A DNA stretch of 64,000 bases from assembly GCA_963822445.1 (NCBI GenBank), contig CAWGHO010000001.1:512001-576000 (forward strand). Reading direction: 5' to 3'. The notes beneath the pieces were generated by a model. The model saw nothing but the letters and a program-made list of their open reading frames with translations. It was not told where the DNA came from and searched no databases. Below are positions 53,399-62,911 of this stretch, one piece after another. This stretch comes from an uncultured Acidobacteriota bacterium. Lineage in GTDB: Bacteria; Acidobacteriota; Thermoanaerobaculia; Gp7-AA8. A program made the position numbers and the translations under genes. Numbering within the stretch: the first letter of the stretch is position 1; each line of letters begins with the position of its first letter.

Positions 53399-55075
53399 CT
53401 AAACGGCCTCTGCCGCGCGCGGAAAACAAAGGCGGCAAAGCTCGAACCCATCGACGCTCGTCACTTCCATGCGCACGGTTCCCGTCAGCCGGCGCGCACT
53501 GACGCAAGTCGGCTGATGAACCTTGCGCGATTTCGACGAGGCGATGAAGGTCATCGGCCGCTCCTGGAGGATGGTCTCGACGTCGACGCGCAACGGCACG
53601 AGCTGCAGCGCCGGCAGTTCCCCATCCACGAACACGTATCGCCCCTCGGTCCACGAGAGCAGCTCCGCGATCTCATCCTGCATCTTGCTGCGCATCGCCT
53701 CGATCAGCTGATCCTCGGTGATCGCGCCGAGGATCAGCAGGATGCGGCCGAGGGCGAGCTGGGAGGCCTGCTTGATCTCGTTGGCCATCAACCGCTGCTC
53801 GCCGGTGATCGCGCCCGATGAAAGCAGTCGATTGGTGAGGAACTTCTCCGGATCGTTCGAGGCGCAGGAGAAGATCCGTCCCTCTTCGAAAAAGATCTCC
53901 TTCTCCGAATCGCCGCTGTGCACGATCAGCGTTCCGCTGCGCTCGTGGAAGGCCTGCTCGCGAAGGACGCCGATGATGCGCGTGTCGGCGAGCGGTCGCC
54001 AGGCGCGCTCGGGCGGCGCGGGCACGCTCACCTCTTCTTCTTCGATCACCGTCGTGCTGACGCGACGCAGTTCTTCCTCGGCCTTCTTGCGCCGCTCGAT
54101 CTCGTCGCGCAACGCGCCGGTCATGATCCGGAGCTCGGTCATCGTCTCTTCGCTCGAGCGGCGGAGGTCGTCGATGAGGTCGCGCAAGGACAACTGGACG
54201 CGCTGCTCTTTGTCGAGCTGTGTGCGGAGTTGTTCGATGAGCGGAGCGGTGTCGGGCGCTTTCGGCGCGGACGGAGTGGTAATCGTCTCGATATAGCCGC
54301 GCAACGCGCCCTCCGGCTTGTACGGCGCGAGCGTGCTGCGGATCCAGACGTGGCCGCCGTCGCGAGTCACGCGCCAGTCCTCCATCTCAACGCGCTGCGC
54401 CGCGGCGTTCTGCAGGACGGCGGTCGACTTCCCTTCCCAACTGTCCGCGTCGCGATACAGCGAGCGGCGGTTCTTGCCGATGATCTCGTCGCGTGAATAG
54501 CCGAAGAGCCGCTGTGCGCCGGCGTTCCAGCCGGTGATCACGCCGTGGGTGTCGGTGCGGATGACGGCGACGTCGACCAGTTGATCGATGACGGCGGCGA
54601 ACACACGGTCCGGTTCTGCTTTGCGCGGCGCAGATTGCGACTGCGACTGCGACTGGGACTGGGGTTCGTCGACGATGTAGATGAAGACCGCGGCGTCGCG
54701 CGCGACGGTCGTAAGCACTTCCAGCATGCGATAGCGGCCGGTCCGGGCCATGACCCGCTTTTCGAGGCGGTAGCTGTCGCAATCCGCGCCGAGCAGCCGT
54801 TTCATCAGCGGCAGCTCTTTCTTCGCGTCTTCGGGATGGGTGATTCCGTTGAACGAGACGCGGGCAAGCTCTTCGCGGCTGTAACCGACCAGCTCCTGAA
54901 AGCGATCGTTCATGAATAGCCAGTTGCCGTCGAGCGTGGCCACGGCGATTCCCACCGGCGCCAGCGCGATCGCGGCGCGAATGCGCTCTTCGCGCGGAAT
55001 CGCGCCGCGCTTCGCCGGCCGCACGCCCGGTTTCCGGACGAGGGAGATCACCTGGTCGACGAGGGGGATGCGCAT
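53399..55075 (-). CDS. PAS-PAS-coiled coil-DUF4388(PatA-N)-like protein with C-terminal metal-binding motif
   Basis: ITHPED, WNAGAQRLFGYS, RSGTL...IFFEEGRI, LLSWTEGRYVF, H..TC...CRLC. Confidence 0.8.
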   Translation of the reverse strand: MRIPLVDQVISLVRKPGVRPAKRGAIPREERIRAAIALAPVGIAVATLDGNWLFMNDRFQELVGYSREELARVSFNGITHPEDAKKELPLMKRLLGADCDSYRLEKRVMARTGRYRMLEVLTTVARDAAVFIYIVDEPQSQSQSQSQSAPRKAEPDRVFAAVIDQLVDVAVIRTDTHGVITGWNAGAQRLFGYSRDEIIGKNRRSLYRDADSWEGKSTAVLQNAAAQRVEMEDWRVTRDGGHVWIRSTLAPYKPEGALRGYIETITTPSAPKAPDTAPLIEQLRTQLDKEQRVQLSLRDLIDDLRRSSEETMTELRIMTGALRDEIERRKKAEEELRRVSTTVIEEEEVSVPAPPERAWRPLADTRIIGVLREQAFHERSGTLIVHSGDSEKEIFFEEGRIFSCASNDPEKFLTNRLLSSGAITGEQRLMANEIKQASQLALGRILLILGAITEDQLIEAMRSKMQDEIAELLSWTEGRYVFVDGELPALQLVPLRVDVETILQERPMTFIASSKSRKVHQPTCVSARRLTGTVRMEVTSVDGFELCRLCFPRAAEAV

Positions 55076-55151
55076 GGTGGGAGGGGGTGGATTGTACCTC
55101 TGTCGTCGCGAGGGGCGACGCGATCGACATCCAGCCGCAAAATCTGAGAAC

Positions 55152-55398
55152 TTCAGCGAAGTCGCTGAAAACACCAGCAGCCAGACCGCCATCGTTCACT
55201 GATTCGCTGAAAGGCATCGCAACGTCGGCTGCTATTTAAGCTAAGTCGCTGAAATGCGACACGAACGACGTTGCCTCTCTTGATGTATCGGGCCACAGTT
55301 TCAGCGAACTTGCTTGAAACGCAGGGGACATCGCTGATTTTTAATCGAGTTCGCTCAAGTCTCACGCGCTCAGGGTCAATTTTTCAGCATATTCGCTG
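55152..55398. promoter_or_regulatory. Cluster of TCGCTGAAA motifs upstream of an XRE gene
   Basis: Direct copies at 55162, 55204, 55246; inverted copies at 55152, 55299; partial copies at 55331, 55351, 55382, 55393. Confidence 0.6.
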
Positions 55399-55410
55399 CC
55401 GGAGAACGAA

Positions 55411-55779
55411 TTGAAGACACGCGAGTTTGGAGTGCGTTTGACGCAATATCGCGAGCGGCTGCAGCTGTCGATCACCGAGCTCGCCAACCGCCTCGGCGTC
55501 GACTACATGCAGATCTCCCGCTATGAAAAGGGGCAAAGCCTCCCATCGCTCGAGACCGCGATCCGTCTCGCGAAGGTCCTGCAGGTTTCCCTCGACGACC
55601 TGGCCACCGGAAGCGAGCCCCCCGAGCCCCCCATGTTCCGGAACGCGCGCCTCCTCAAGGCGATGCGCGAGCTCGACCAGATTCCGCCCGAGCGGCAGGA
55701 GCTCGCCCTGCGAGTCCTCGACACCGTCATCGCCGGCCACGAGCTCGAAACCCTCGGCGCCCGCCTGCGCCGCTCGTGA
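55411..55779 (+). CDS. XRE-family HTH transcriptional regulator
   Basis: FGVRL...LSITELA...QISRYEKG..PSLET..LAKVLQVSLDDL. Confidence 0.9.
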   Translation: MKTREFGVRLTQYRERLQLSITELANRLGVDYMQISRYEKGQSLPSLETAIRLAKVLQVSLDDLATGSEPPEPPMFRNARLLKAMRELDQIPPERQELALRVLDTVIAGHELETLGARLRRS

Positions 55780-55884
55780 GGGATCGCGTGGTCGGGTGCT
55801 CTGGTACTAGCGCGCAGTAAAGACGCTGCTCTGGGTTTCAGCCGCTGAGCCACAGACTGAGTTCTCTGTCGACGGCGCCGACCT

Positions 55885-55934
55885 TCGGCCCGTCACGCCG
55901 CAGGTCGCGGGGTCGAGCCCCGTCGGCCCCGCCA
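55885..55934 (+). repeat. Degenerate copy of the tRNA-Asp 3' half (att-like scar)
   Basis: 45/50 identity to 13592-13641; both are preceded by CGACCT, continue AAT after the CCA and have a downstream GC hairpin. Confidence 0.8.
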
Positions 55935-56019
55935 AATGTTGCTCACCAGGCGCCGCTTTAGCGGCTTTCGTGTCGCGAAGAGCGGGACATCCGGCAGCTC
56001 GAGGACGAGCAGGAACGCC

Positions 56020-56531
56020 TCCCGAGCTGCTGCGCTCCTCGACAGCCAGATCGGCGCGTTCCAGTTGCGGCGTGGGAGCGCCGAAGCGGCGGCCCTGCGG
56101 TTCAGCGTCGCGTACCAGGCGTTCGATGCCGCCGAAAGGGCGCGCGAAGCGCTCCTGGCTCGCAAGGGGATGGCCGAGGCCGCGGTCGCGCGCGGGTGTT
56201 TCACGAGGCGGTCTCGGAGTACTACAAGGTGCAGGCATTGCTCCTCGCGAACGGCGACGTCGTCGATGCCGCGGTCGCCTCGGCGGAGATCCTCGACCTG
56301 CCCCTCCCCGCCGGCCGCCACGATGAACTGCTGCAGCGCGCCCACCTCTTCGTGGGCACGTTCGCCGAGGCGGGCCTGAGGTTGAACGCGCTGCATGCGT
56401 AAACGTTCCTCCGCCGGCGTGCTCGAGCCGGCGCGCTGACCCACGAAGACCTCGCCGCCGCCCGCGATTACTTCGAGCGCCTGCCCCTTCGCCCGAACGC
56501 GCCCTTCATCCCGCCGGAGCCGGGCCGATGA
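56020..56531 (+). pseudogene. Broken C-terminal fragment of a TPR-like helical protein
   Basis: Helical Ala/Leu-rich segments across three frames, an internal stop, no start. Confidence 0.45.
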
Positions 56532-56656
56532 CCGTGACCGAGCTGACACGCGGGCCGGAAGAGCGCAGCGAACCTAGGTGCGTGGTGACCGTCGCCGCGC
56601 CGCTGGCCAAACACAGCATATAATCGCTAATACTTCAGCAAATAGGGAGAGATAGA

Positions 56657-59600
56657 ATGCCGACGCTCCAGGACGCGGTCGATGCGATCGACCGTGGGGA
56701 AGATGCAGTCGCACGCGAACTCCTCAATTCGCTACTCGCAACCGATCCGGCACTCATCGATGCTTGGGTATGGCTCGCGACACTCGCAGAAGCAAGAAAC
56801 GACTTCGCGGAGCAACGACATTGTCTTGAGCGGATCACGGCAATAGATCCGAACAACTCCGAAGCGCGACGCATCCGTATACGCCTTCAACGAGCGGACG
56901 CATCGTCACAGCCTATGGCGCCAGCGCCGTCGGAAGTGCCACCTGGTGACCAGCCGCAACCGCAGTCTGACGTGGTGGAACACGAACTTGCCGACGAGGA
57001 AAATGACGGCGCCGGCACAGATGCCGACACACGGCACGTCATCAGGCTTGCGGCAACTCCGCGCCTCGACAAGATCGGCGCTCCCGTCTGGGATTGGTTC
57101 TTCGCCGACGAACGCTCGCTAATCGGCGCCTTACCGTCGCTCCTCAAAGACTTTATCGACGCGGGACAGGCGTTCGGTGCGGATACGGCACGCCTTGAGC
57201 GACTCCACACGACAGTGGCCGAAGGAAATGAGGAAGCGCGCAGAAATCTACTGGTAGCCGTGTTGCGCAGCGGCGTCGAGGCGGCGACCTTTCTAAATAG
57301 GCAAGAATCCTGCGGCCAGGCATTCTGGATCGCCAACGCTCTCTACCAGGCCGGGAAAATCGTCAGTTTCCGCGAGAAAAACAACACGCCTAAGATGATG
57401 GAGCGGTTGCTGGTTATTGCCGCCGACGCGGCGGCTCGGCTCGTCCCGTCCTCAGTAGCAATCGACGACCTGCAGATGGCCATAGATCGAATCATCACAC
57501 TCGCGCACAGCACGCGATACGTTGGACGTACCTTTGCATCCGTGCGTCCCGATCTCGGGATCGTCGAAAAAATCGCCCTCGATACGATTGCCGCAGATTT
57601 CGATCGCCGCTTGCGAGAGATGGTGGAGAGTGACCGACCCAGTATCAATGAATATGTCTCGAACAATATGCCGAAGCTGTACCGAATGAGACTTTCACCG
57701 GAATGGTTGGCGTGTCGAGATGCGTGGGAACAGGCCATCATTGATGCTGGGTACGACGACACGCTACGCAGCCTGAAGAGCTTGGGGCTCCTCGTACGAG
57801 TGGACCAAATTGGCATCATTCTTCCCGACGCACGGGATCAGATCCGAATGGCCGCGGACGCCGGTGATTACGCAAGCATCCGCAAGTTACTCGAACCCAG
57901 CGAAAAGGAGTTGCGGAACCTACTGTACAAGGAAACGCAGACTGCACTCGTGTTTCGCGAGCCACCGTCGCCGACCCTCAGGCAACAACACCGCGAGCCG
58001 TGGCAGCGCGCCATGCGAACATTACGCAACCACGGCCCGCGAGCCGCCATGGTGAAGGTCAGCGAGATCTGGCAAGAAGATGCCAACAATCTCGATATCC
58101 GCGATTGGGCCGCGTACCTGCACGCGCAGGACGCCAGCAAGCTGCAGGCGGAGCGGATCCTCACGGTCATCCGCGACTCCCGAAAGGCAGACCACAATTT
58201 CACCACGAGCTGGAACCTAGCCGTAATCTATTCGCAACGACATGAGGAGGCGAAAGCCTACGAGCTGCTGCTACCGTTATTCCATACGCATCAGACTGAC
58301 GAGCGCCTGATCAAGGTGCTGCTCGGGCTTGCGCGGTCCCTCAACGATCATGAGGGCTTCCTCCGCCTCATTCCCCAGTCGCGCACTCTGATGTACCACC
58401 CGATCGCATTTACGCTCGCTGTGGAGATCAACGATGATGCCCGCGCAAAGAGCATCCTCACGGAGATGATTGCGCGATGGGAACATCAATGGGACCTTCC
58501 ACATGTCAGCGCGCTCTATCGCAACGAAGATGAGCTGATAGCGGTCGTCACAAGCGGGATGATCGCGGGCCAGATCGAACAAGTCATTGCGTGGCTGCGC
58601 GCGCGCATCGCTGCAGCTCCGGCGTGGATCCCGAACTACCTCGTGTTGGCGAATGTACTTGAGCGCGAGCATCGTGACTTCGATGATGCATTTCAAGTGC
58701 TGCTCGAGGGATGCAAACGGCGCAGAGACGACGATCCGCGGCGTGACGCGGCGTATCGCGACCTGCTCGATTTGTGCCGTCGCGCGAAGCGCACAGATCT
58801 CGAACAGAGAGCGTACGAGTTCGCGAAGAAAGCACGCGTGAGCGAAAGCGTCCTCAGCCAGTTCCAAGTCGATTCGCGTGTGGTTAAGGATCGTGCGAGT
58901 GACGACGAAACCGAACCCTCTCAGACACCGCCACCAACAAAACCTCCGAAAGTTGTGACGCGCGAAGAGCCAAATTTCACGTGGATTACGGCTAAGCTGG
59001 CGCGCATCCGCGACGCCGACTCGTTTAGTAAGGAGCAGGTTGCGCTCGACGATTTCTCGTCGATGCTTTCTAGGTACTATCCCGATACGAGCGTTCAGAT
59101 CGTCCCTTGGTTGAAGGATCTCTCGAAGATCACGAACCAGTTCGCAGAAGCAGAACCAGAGTCGTCATATAACGATCGCGTAGTACTGTACAACCGCGCC
59201 ACAGCTATTGAGCGGGACCTCACGCGTCACATGGAGAGTGGAGCATTGCCACCGGACTTGGTGGAGGTCATGACGCCATATCATGAGGCGCTCAAACGCG
59301 TCGTCAGCAACCTTTCGCGCGCGGCCGGCGTCGGCCCGAAGGTCGAATCGACCATCCTAAATTCATTCATTGCTCCTGACGCGCCACGCACCACGGTCGT
59401 GGTTCAACTGAAAAACACGACCAACGGCGAACGAACAATTACTGATGTCGTCGTCGAACTGCGAGCAGAGCGCAATCTCGCTGCTGTAATGCCTCGGCAG
59501 CGGCTGATTCGGAGGTTGGAGGCGGCGCAGACCGTAGACATCAATTTCACGATCACGCTAGACGCAACGGCGCGCTCGGCGGCTGAGGTGACGTTTGACA

Positions 59601-61396
59601 TGTACGTCCGTTCGTCGGTGGAAGGGTTCCTAAACGTCGATCAACCAATAGCGCAGACGAAATTACCGGTAAGAACGCTTAGAGCGGCGATCAATACCGA
59701 CGAGATTCCAAAGCTCTTCATTGATAGCAGTCCGTTGGATCAGTCGTCGCAGCTGTTTCATGGACGCGACACCGTCATGCAGAGAATTCGGAGTAGCCTA
59801 TATGACGGTACACAGCGGGAACGTTTGTTTCTCGACGGTATCCGCCGCGTAGGCAAGAGTTCGATCATTAACTTTGTTCCCCTAAATGTACCCGACGTAA
59901 TTATTGCCGTTCCGTTGGGAACGGAGGGGCTGGGCCTGCAGGTACCGCTCGACGCGGCCGTGGTGCTTTGGAAGATCGCCAAAGTGATTGACGACGCTTT
60001 CCGCGCGCGCGCCATCACGCGACCAGCGCTGCCGACGCCGCCGACAATCGATGGCTGTGCAGCGTATTTCGAGTCCGTGAAGGCGGTTACTGGTTACACT
60101 CCACTGCTCATGGTTGATGAATTCCAGGAGATGTTAAAGAGCATCAAGGAAACCGGTCGGAATGCCGAGGTAATTCTCGACATCCTGCGTAATGCACTGG
60201 AGAAGCGTTTTATTTATGGCCTGTTCACCGGTTCGATCCGTTTCTCCAGTTTGTCAACGATTGTTCCACACCGGATTTTCGGCAATATTACCCGCTTGCG
60301 CGTCTCATTCCTCGAAGAGCCAGACGTTATGGCGGTTCTTCGCGCTGGCTTTGGGCAGTGGGTAGTCGCCACCCCCGGCGCAGTTAAGAGTATCTTCGAG
60401 CTTACAGGCGGCTATCCGTACATAGTACAAAAATTTGGCTCCGCACTCGTGACACTCCTTAATGAGGAGAAGCGCTGCATCGCGAGCAGCGACGACGTGG
60501 AGCGTGTGGCCAGCGCCGATCTCCTGAGTGACGACAGCATCTTTGAGTATTGGTGGCCGACCGATCAGTTGCGCCGTGATGAGGAGCGGGCGGTGGAACT
60601 GCTGTTCCATCACTTTCCTGATGCGACCTCTGTTTCAATCGATGACTTCCTCGGCAGAGTAGAGCGTCGCGAAGTCGAGAACCTCCGCAAGGCGCTGCAG
60701 AACCTACAATCCTGCGAAGTGCTCGATTCCACGGGCGCGGGCCAACTACGCTTTACGGCTGAGATCGTACGCCGATGGCTTCACGGCCACTACCACCGCG
60801 CCGAACGACGCCTGCGGATCCCGATGCAGCAAGAGGATTCTTCACTGCCGGCTATCGTTGCGAATACGCGGCCTCTTCTCGGCCACGTCGGCGTTTATAT
60901 CGATCACGAGAACTTCGTCAGGTCTCTCGCCCGAATTCGAATCGCGAGGTCGAGCGAGAACGAGCCAGCAGTGCGTTGGTTTGACCGCTCGCTTAAGCAA
61001 GTGCTCGGTGAAGTCGAAAAACGCTTCGGACGCATCGATCAGAAAGTCGCGGTTGCGTTCTGGGATCGTCAGGATGAGATGCGGTTGCAGCCGTCGTATA
61101 CGAGGCGGGACTTCGACGTGCGAACGCCGGAGCGCACGGGCAAAGGCAATGAAGCCGATTTCAAGCTCGCAGATGAGATCCGCCGTTCTATGGCCCAAGC
61201 CAAACTCGAAGGAGCCTCGCTGCGTGATGCGATTGTTATCACGGGTGATGCGGATTTCACGAACGTCATCAGTGGCTTGAAAAACGACGGTGTTAATGTG
61301 CATGTCTGGGCGGCCGGGGCGTCCGCTAGTCAAACGCTCATTGGTCTCGTTGGTCCAGAGAACGTCGTGATGCTCGACGACATTTGTGTTACGTAG
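56657..61396 (+). CDS. Large TPR - Ig-like - P-loop (STAND/AAA) ATPase - NYN/LabA (PIN-fold) nuclease protein
   Basis: 1579 aa; N-terminal TPR; Walker A GIRRVGKSS, Walker B LLMVDEFQ, LTGGYPY; NYN motifs YIDHEN, ADFKLA, ITGDADF. Confidence 0.85.
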   Translation: MPTLQDAVDAIDRGEDAVARELLNSLLATDPALIDAWVWLATLAEARNDFAEQRHCLERITAIDPNNSEARRIRIRLQRADASSQPMAPAPSEVPPGDQPQPQSDVVEHELADEENDGAGTDADTRHVIRLAATPRLDKIGAPVWDWFFADERSLIGALPSLLKDFIDAGQAFGADTARLERLHTTVAEGNEEARRNLLVAVLRSGVEAATFLNRQESCGQAFWIANALYQAGKIVSFREKNNTPKMMERLLVIAADAAARLVPSSVAIDDLQMAIDRIITLAHSTRYVGRTFASVRPDLGIVEKIALDTIAADFDRRLREMVESDRPSINEYVSNNMPKLYRMRLSPEWLACRDAWEQAIIDAGYDDTLRSLKSLGLLVRVDQIGIILPDARDQIRMAADAGDYASIRKLLEPSEKELRNLLYKETQTALVFREPPSPTLRQQHREPWQRAMRTLRNHGPRAAMVKVSEIWQEDANNLDIRDWAAYLHAQDASKLQAERILTVIRDSRKADHNFTTSWNLAVIYSQRHEEAKAYELLLPLFHTHQTDERLIKVLLGLARSLNDHEGFLRLIPQSRTLMYHPIAFTLAVEINDDARAKSILTEMIARWEHQWDLPHVSALYRNEDELIAVVTSGMIAGQIEQVIAWLRARIAAAPAWIPNYLVLANVLEREHRDFDDAFQVLLEGCKRRRDDDPRRDAAYRDLLDLCRRAKRTDLEQRAYEFAKKARVSESVLSQFQVDSRVVKDRASDDETEPSQTPPPTKPPKVVTREEPNFTWITAKLARIRDADSFSKEQVALDDFSSMLSRYYPDTSVQIVPWLKDLSKITNQFAEAEPESSYNDRVVLYNRATAIERDLTRHMESGALPPDLVEVMTPYHEALKRVVSNLSRAAGVGPKVESTILNSFIAPDAPRTTVVVQLKNTTNGERTITDVVVELRAERNLAAVMPRQRLIRRLEAAQTVDINFTITLDATARSAAEVTFDMYVRSSVEGFLNVDQPIAQTKLPVRTLRAAINTDEIPKLFIDSSPLDQSSQLFHGRDTVMQRIRSSLYDGTQRERLFLDGIRRVGKSSIINFVPLNVPDVIIAVPLGTEGLGLQVPLDAAVVLWKIAKVIDDAFRARAITRPALPTPPTIDGCAAYFESVKAVTGYTPLLMVDEFQEMLKSIKETGRNAEVILDILRNALEKRFIYGLFTGSIRFSSLSTIVPHRIFGNITRLRVSFLEEPDVMAVLRAGFGQWVVATPGAVKSIFELTGGYPYIVQKFGSALVTLLNEEKRCIASSDDVERVASADLLSDDSIFEYWWPTDQLRRDEERAVELLFHHFPDATSVSIDDFLGRVERREVENLRKALQNLQSCEVLDSTGAGQLRFTAEIVRRWLHGHYHRAERRLRIPMQQEDSSLPAIVANTRPLLGHVGVYIDHENFVRSLARIRIARSSENEPAVRWFDRSLKQVLGEVEKRFGRIDQKVAVAFWDRQDEMRLQPSYTRRDFDVRTPERTGKGNEADFKLADEIRRSMAQAKLEGASLRDAIVITGDADFTNVISGLKNDGVNVHVWAAGASASQTLIGLVGPENVVMLDDICVT

Positions 61397-62017
61397 CTCC
61401 CCGGGCGCGGGAGGGCAGACAGTACGAGTCTTCGTACGGAGATCGTACGCAGCGAGGCCCGCGCCTTCTCCGCGCACCAGCGCCGCGGATCCGTTTGCAA
61501 CTGGCGGCATAACCAACCCGGACAAGCTGGTGGTGAACAACCGCATGGTCGCGCATCGTAACCTCGACCTCGACGCCATGCCCGGCAGCGGTGGCCTCGC
61601 GGGATGGACGGAGGGTCGGGCCTGCCGGCAGGCTTCGTCGCGCGAGGTGCAGATATACGGCAGCGGCGCCGCGCCGGCGGTTGGTCGCGCCGAGTCTGCC
61701 GGAGGAGGCGATCGTCGTGACGTTCGGGCCGAAGAAGTTCCGCTACGAGGAGACTAAGGTCCCGAAGGACGAGAGAAGGCAAAGGACGCGCTGCTAAAAG
61801 AGACTCGCTGCGCGGCTACGACATCGACCGGGCCATCCTGCGCGAGGTCAAGCGCGGCGCCGAGATCGTCGTCGGCGAAACGAACCTCGAGCGCGACAAG
61901 CCGGCCCGCCTCTTCGTTGGCCGTGCATTCGGCGAAGTGGGACCGCGAGCAGCTCACGCAGGAAAGTTTCACCCCCTCCGCAACAACCGCGTGCGTTCTC
62001 TCGTAAACGCACGTCCA

Positions 62018-62911
62018 ATGACACTTTCCATTTCTGGCCTCTCGAAAACGTACCCGAATGGCACCCGGGCGTTGAAAGGGATCTCCCTCGACGTTCCGCC
62101 GGGGATGTTCGGGTTGCTCGGGCGCAACGGGGCCGGCAAGTCGACGCTCATGCGCATCCTGGCCACGCTGCAGGAGCCGGATGAGGGAACGATTCATCTC
62201 GGCGAACTCGACGTCATCCGGCAGAAGGAGCTCGTTCGCGAGACGCTCGGGTACCTCCCCCAGTCGTTCGGCTTCCACCCGCGGGTGCGGGCGGAGCGGT
62301 TGCTGGATCACTTTGCCGTCCTGAAGGGTCTCGTCGACGCCGCGCCGAGGCGCGAGGTCGTGGAGGCGCTGTTGCGGCGGACGAATCTGTGGGACGTGCG
62401 CAACCAGCGCGTCGGCACGTTCTCCGGCGGCATGCGCCAGCGCCTCGGCGTGGCCATCGCGCTGCTGGGGAGTCCGAAGCTGATCATCGTCGACGAGCCG
62501 ACGGCGGGACTCGACCCCGAGGAGCGCGTGCGGTTTTTGAATTTGCTGAGTGAGATCGGGGAAGCGAGTGCGGTCATTCTGTCGACGCACATCGTCGAAG
62601 ACGTCGAGGAGCTGTGCAGCAACCTGGCGATCATCGACCGCGGCGAGATCCTCCTCGCCGGTTCGCCGGCGCGCGTGATCGCGGAAGTGCGCGGGCGGAT
62701 CTGGCGTCGCACGGTAACGCGGGAGGAGCTTCCGGCGCTGGAACAGGAGCATTCGGTGATCTCGACGAAGCTGCTGGCCGGACAGACGATCGCGCACGTG
62801 TATGCCGACGAGTCGCCGGGATCCGGCTTCGAGCCGGTCGAGCCCGACCTGAAGGACGTCTACTTCGCGGTCATGGGCGGTCACCGCGGCGCGCGGGCGG
62901 CGGCGGCATGA
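62018..62911 (+). CDS. ABC transporter ATP-binding protein
   Basis: GRNGAGKST, FSGGMRQR, IIVDEPT, STH. Confidence 0.95.
   Translation: MTLSISGLSKTYPNGTRALKGISLDVPPGMFGLLGRNGAGKSTLMRILATLQEPDEGTIHLGELDVIRQKELVRETLGYLPQSFGFHPRVRAERLLDHFAVLKGLVDAAPRREVVEALLRRTNLWDVRNQRVGTFSGGMRQRLGVAIALLGSPKLIIVDEPTAGLDPEERVRFLNLLSEIGEASAVILSTHIVEDVEELCSNLAIIDRGEILLAGSPARVIAEVRGRIWRRTVTREELPALEQEHSVISTKLLAGQTIAHVYADESPGSGFEPVEPDLKDVYFAVMGGHRGARAAAA

Noticed and set aside
61397-61960. Short protein-like fragments after the NYN gene
   Set aside because: No recognisable family; cannot be separated from chance ORFs in GC-rich DNA
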